From IMG/VR virus record IMGVR_UViG_3300042876_000238, positions 257 to 64,256 of that record: a stretch of 64,000 nucleotides of DNA; one strand, 5' to 3'. This stretch comes from a virus (lineage: Duplodnaviria > Caudoviricetes). The position numbers were made by a program, and so were the translations under genes. Each line of letters opens with the position of its first letter. The first letter of the stretch is position 1. Positions 63,896 to 64,000 of this stretch are shown here, piece after piece. The notes beneath the pieces were generated by a model. The model was given only the letters and a program-made list of their open reading frames with translations, had not been told where the DNA came from and did no database searches.

Positions 63896-64000
63896 AGGTG
63901 GCTGGCTGCCGAAAGTAGAGCGTCGCCGAAAATTCCCACGTTGGCAAGGGCGTCGCGTCAACGTGCATCGACCTTCCGGCGACGCGAAGTTCGCGTCGCC

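Larger units (their letters stand above)
1..64000. mobile_element. Near-complete tailed dsDNA bacteriophage genome (podovirus-like, probably lytic)
   Basis: Terminase, portal, scaffold, capsid, tail tube/nozzle, ejection proteins, lysis cassette and PolA replication module are present. No tape measure, integrase or host housekeeping genes seen. Confidence 0.95.

Noticed and set aside
1-64000. Prophage or alternative genetic code
   Set aside because: No integrase, att site or host flanks; genes are intact under the standard code with all three stop codons used.

Overview
The window is almost entirely a tailed dsDNA phage genome (Caudoviricetes) with podovirus-like morphogenesis. It is GC-rich, shows no integrase, and its Rz/Rz1 spanins point to a Gram-negative host. 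Layout: (1) 1.0-13.3 kb, + strand, early/accessory genes, including a MoxR-like AAA ATPase / DUF3150-like / DUF2201-vWA module, punctuated by 10 copies of the palindrome TTACACCGGTGTAA and containing an iteron-like non-coding block. (2) 13.4-23.7 kb, + strand, replication: PolA, PD-(D/E)XK exonuclease, VRR-NUC, SNF2 helicase, SSB-like protein, primase-DUF927 helicase. (3) 23.6-55.0 kb, - strand, virion and lysis: 3253-aa polyvalent virion protein, ejection proteins, lysis cassette, tail, capsid, head-spike module, portal. (4) terS-terL on the + strand. (5) 57.1-61.0 kb, - strand, a translationally coupled six-gene glycosyltransferase/methyltransferase operon, preceded by small - strand genes including an RHH regulator. 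The best candidates for undescribed biology are the early-region palindrome system with a second co-oriented 9-mer, and the phage glycosylation operon. All product calls come from motif recognition by eye, not database searches.
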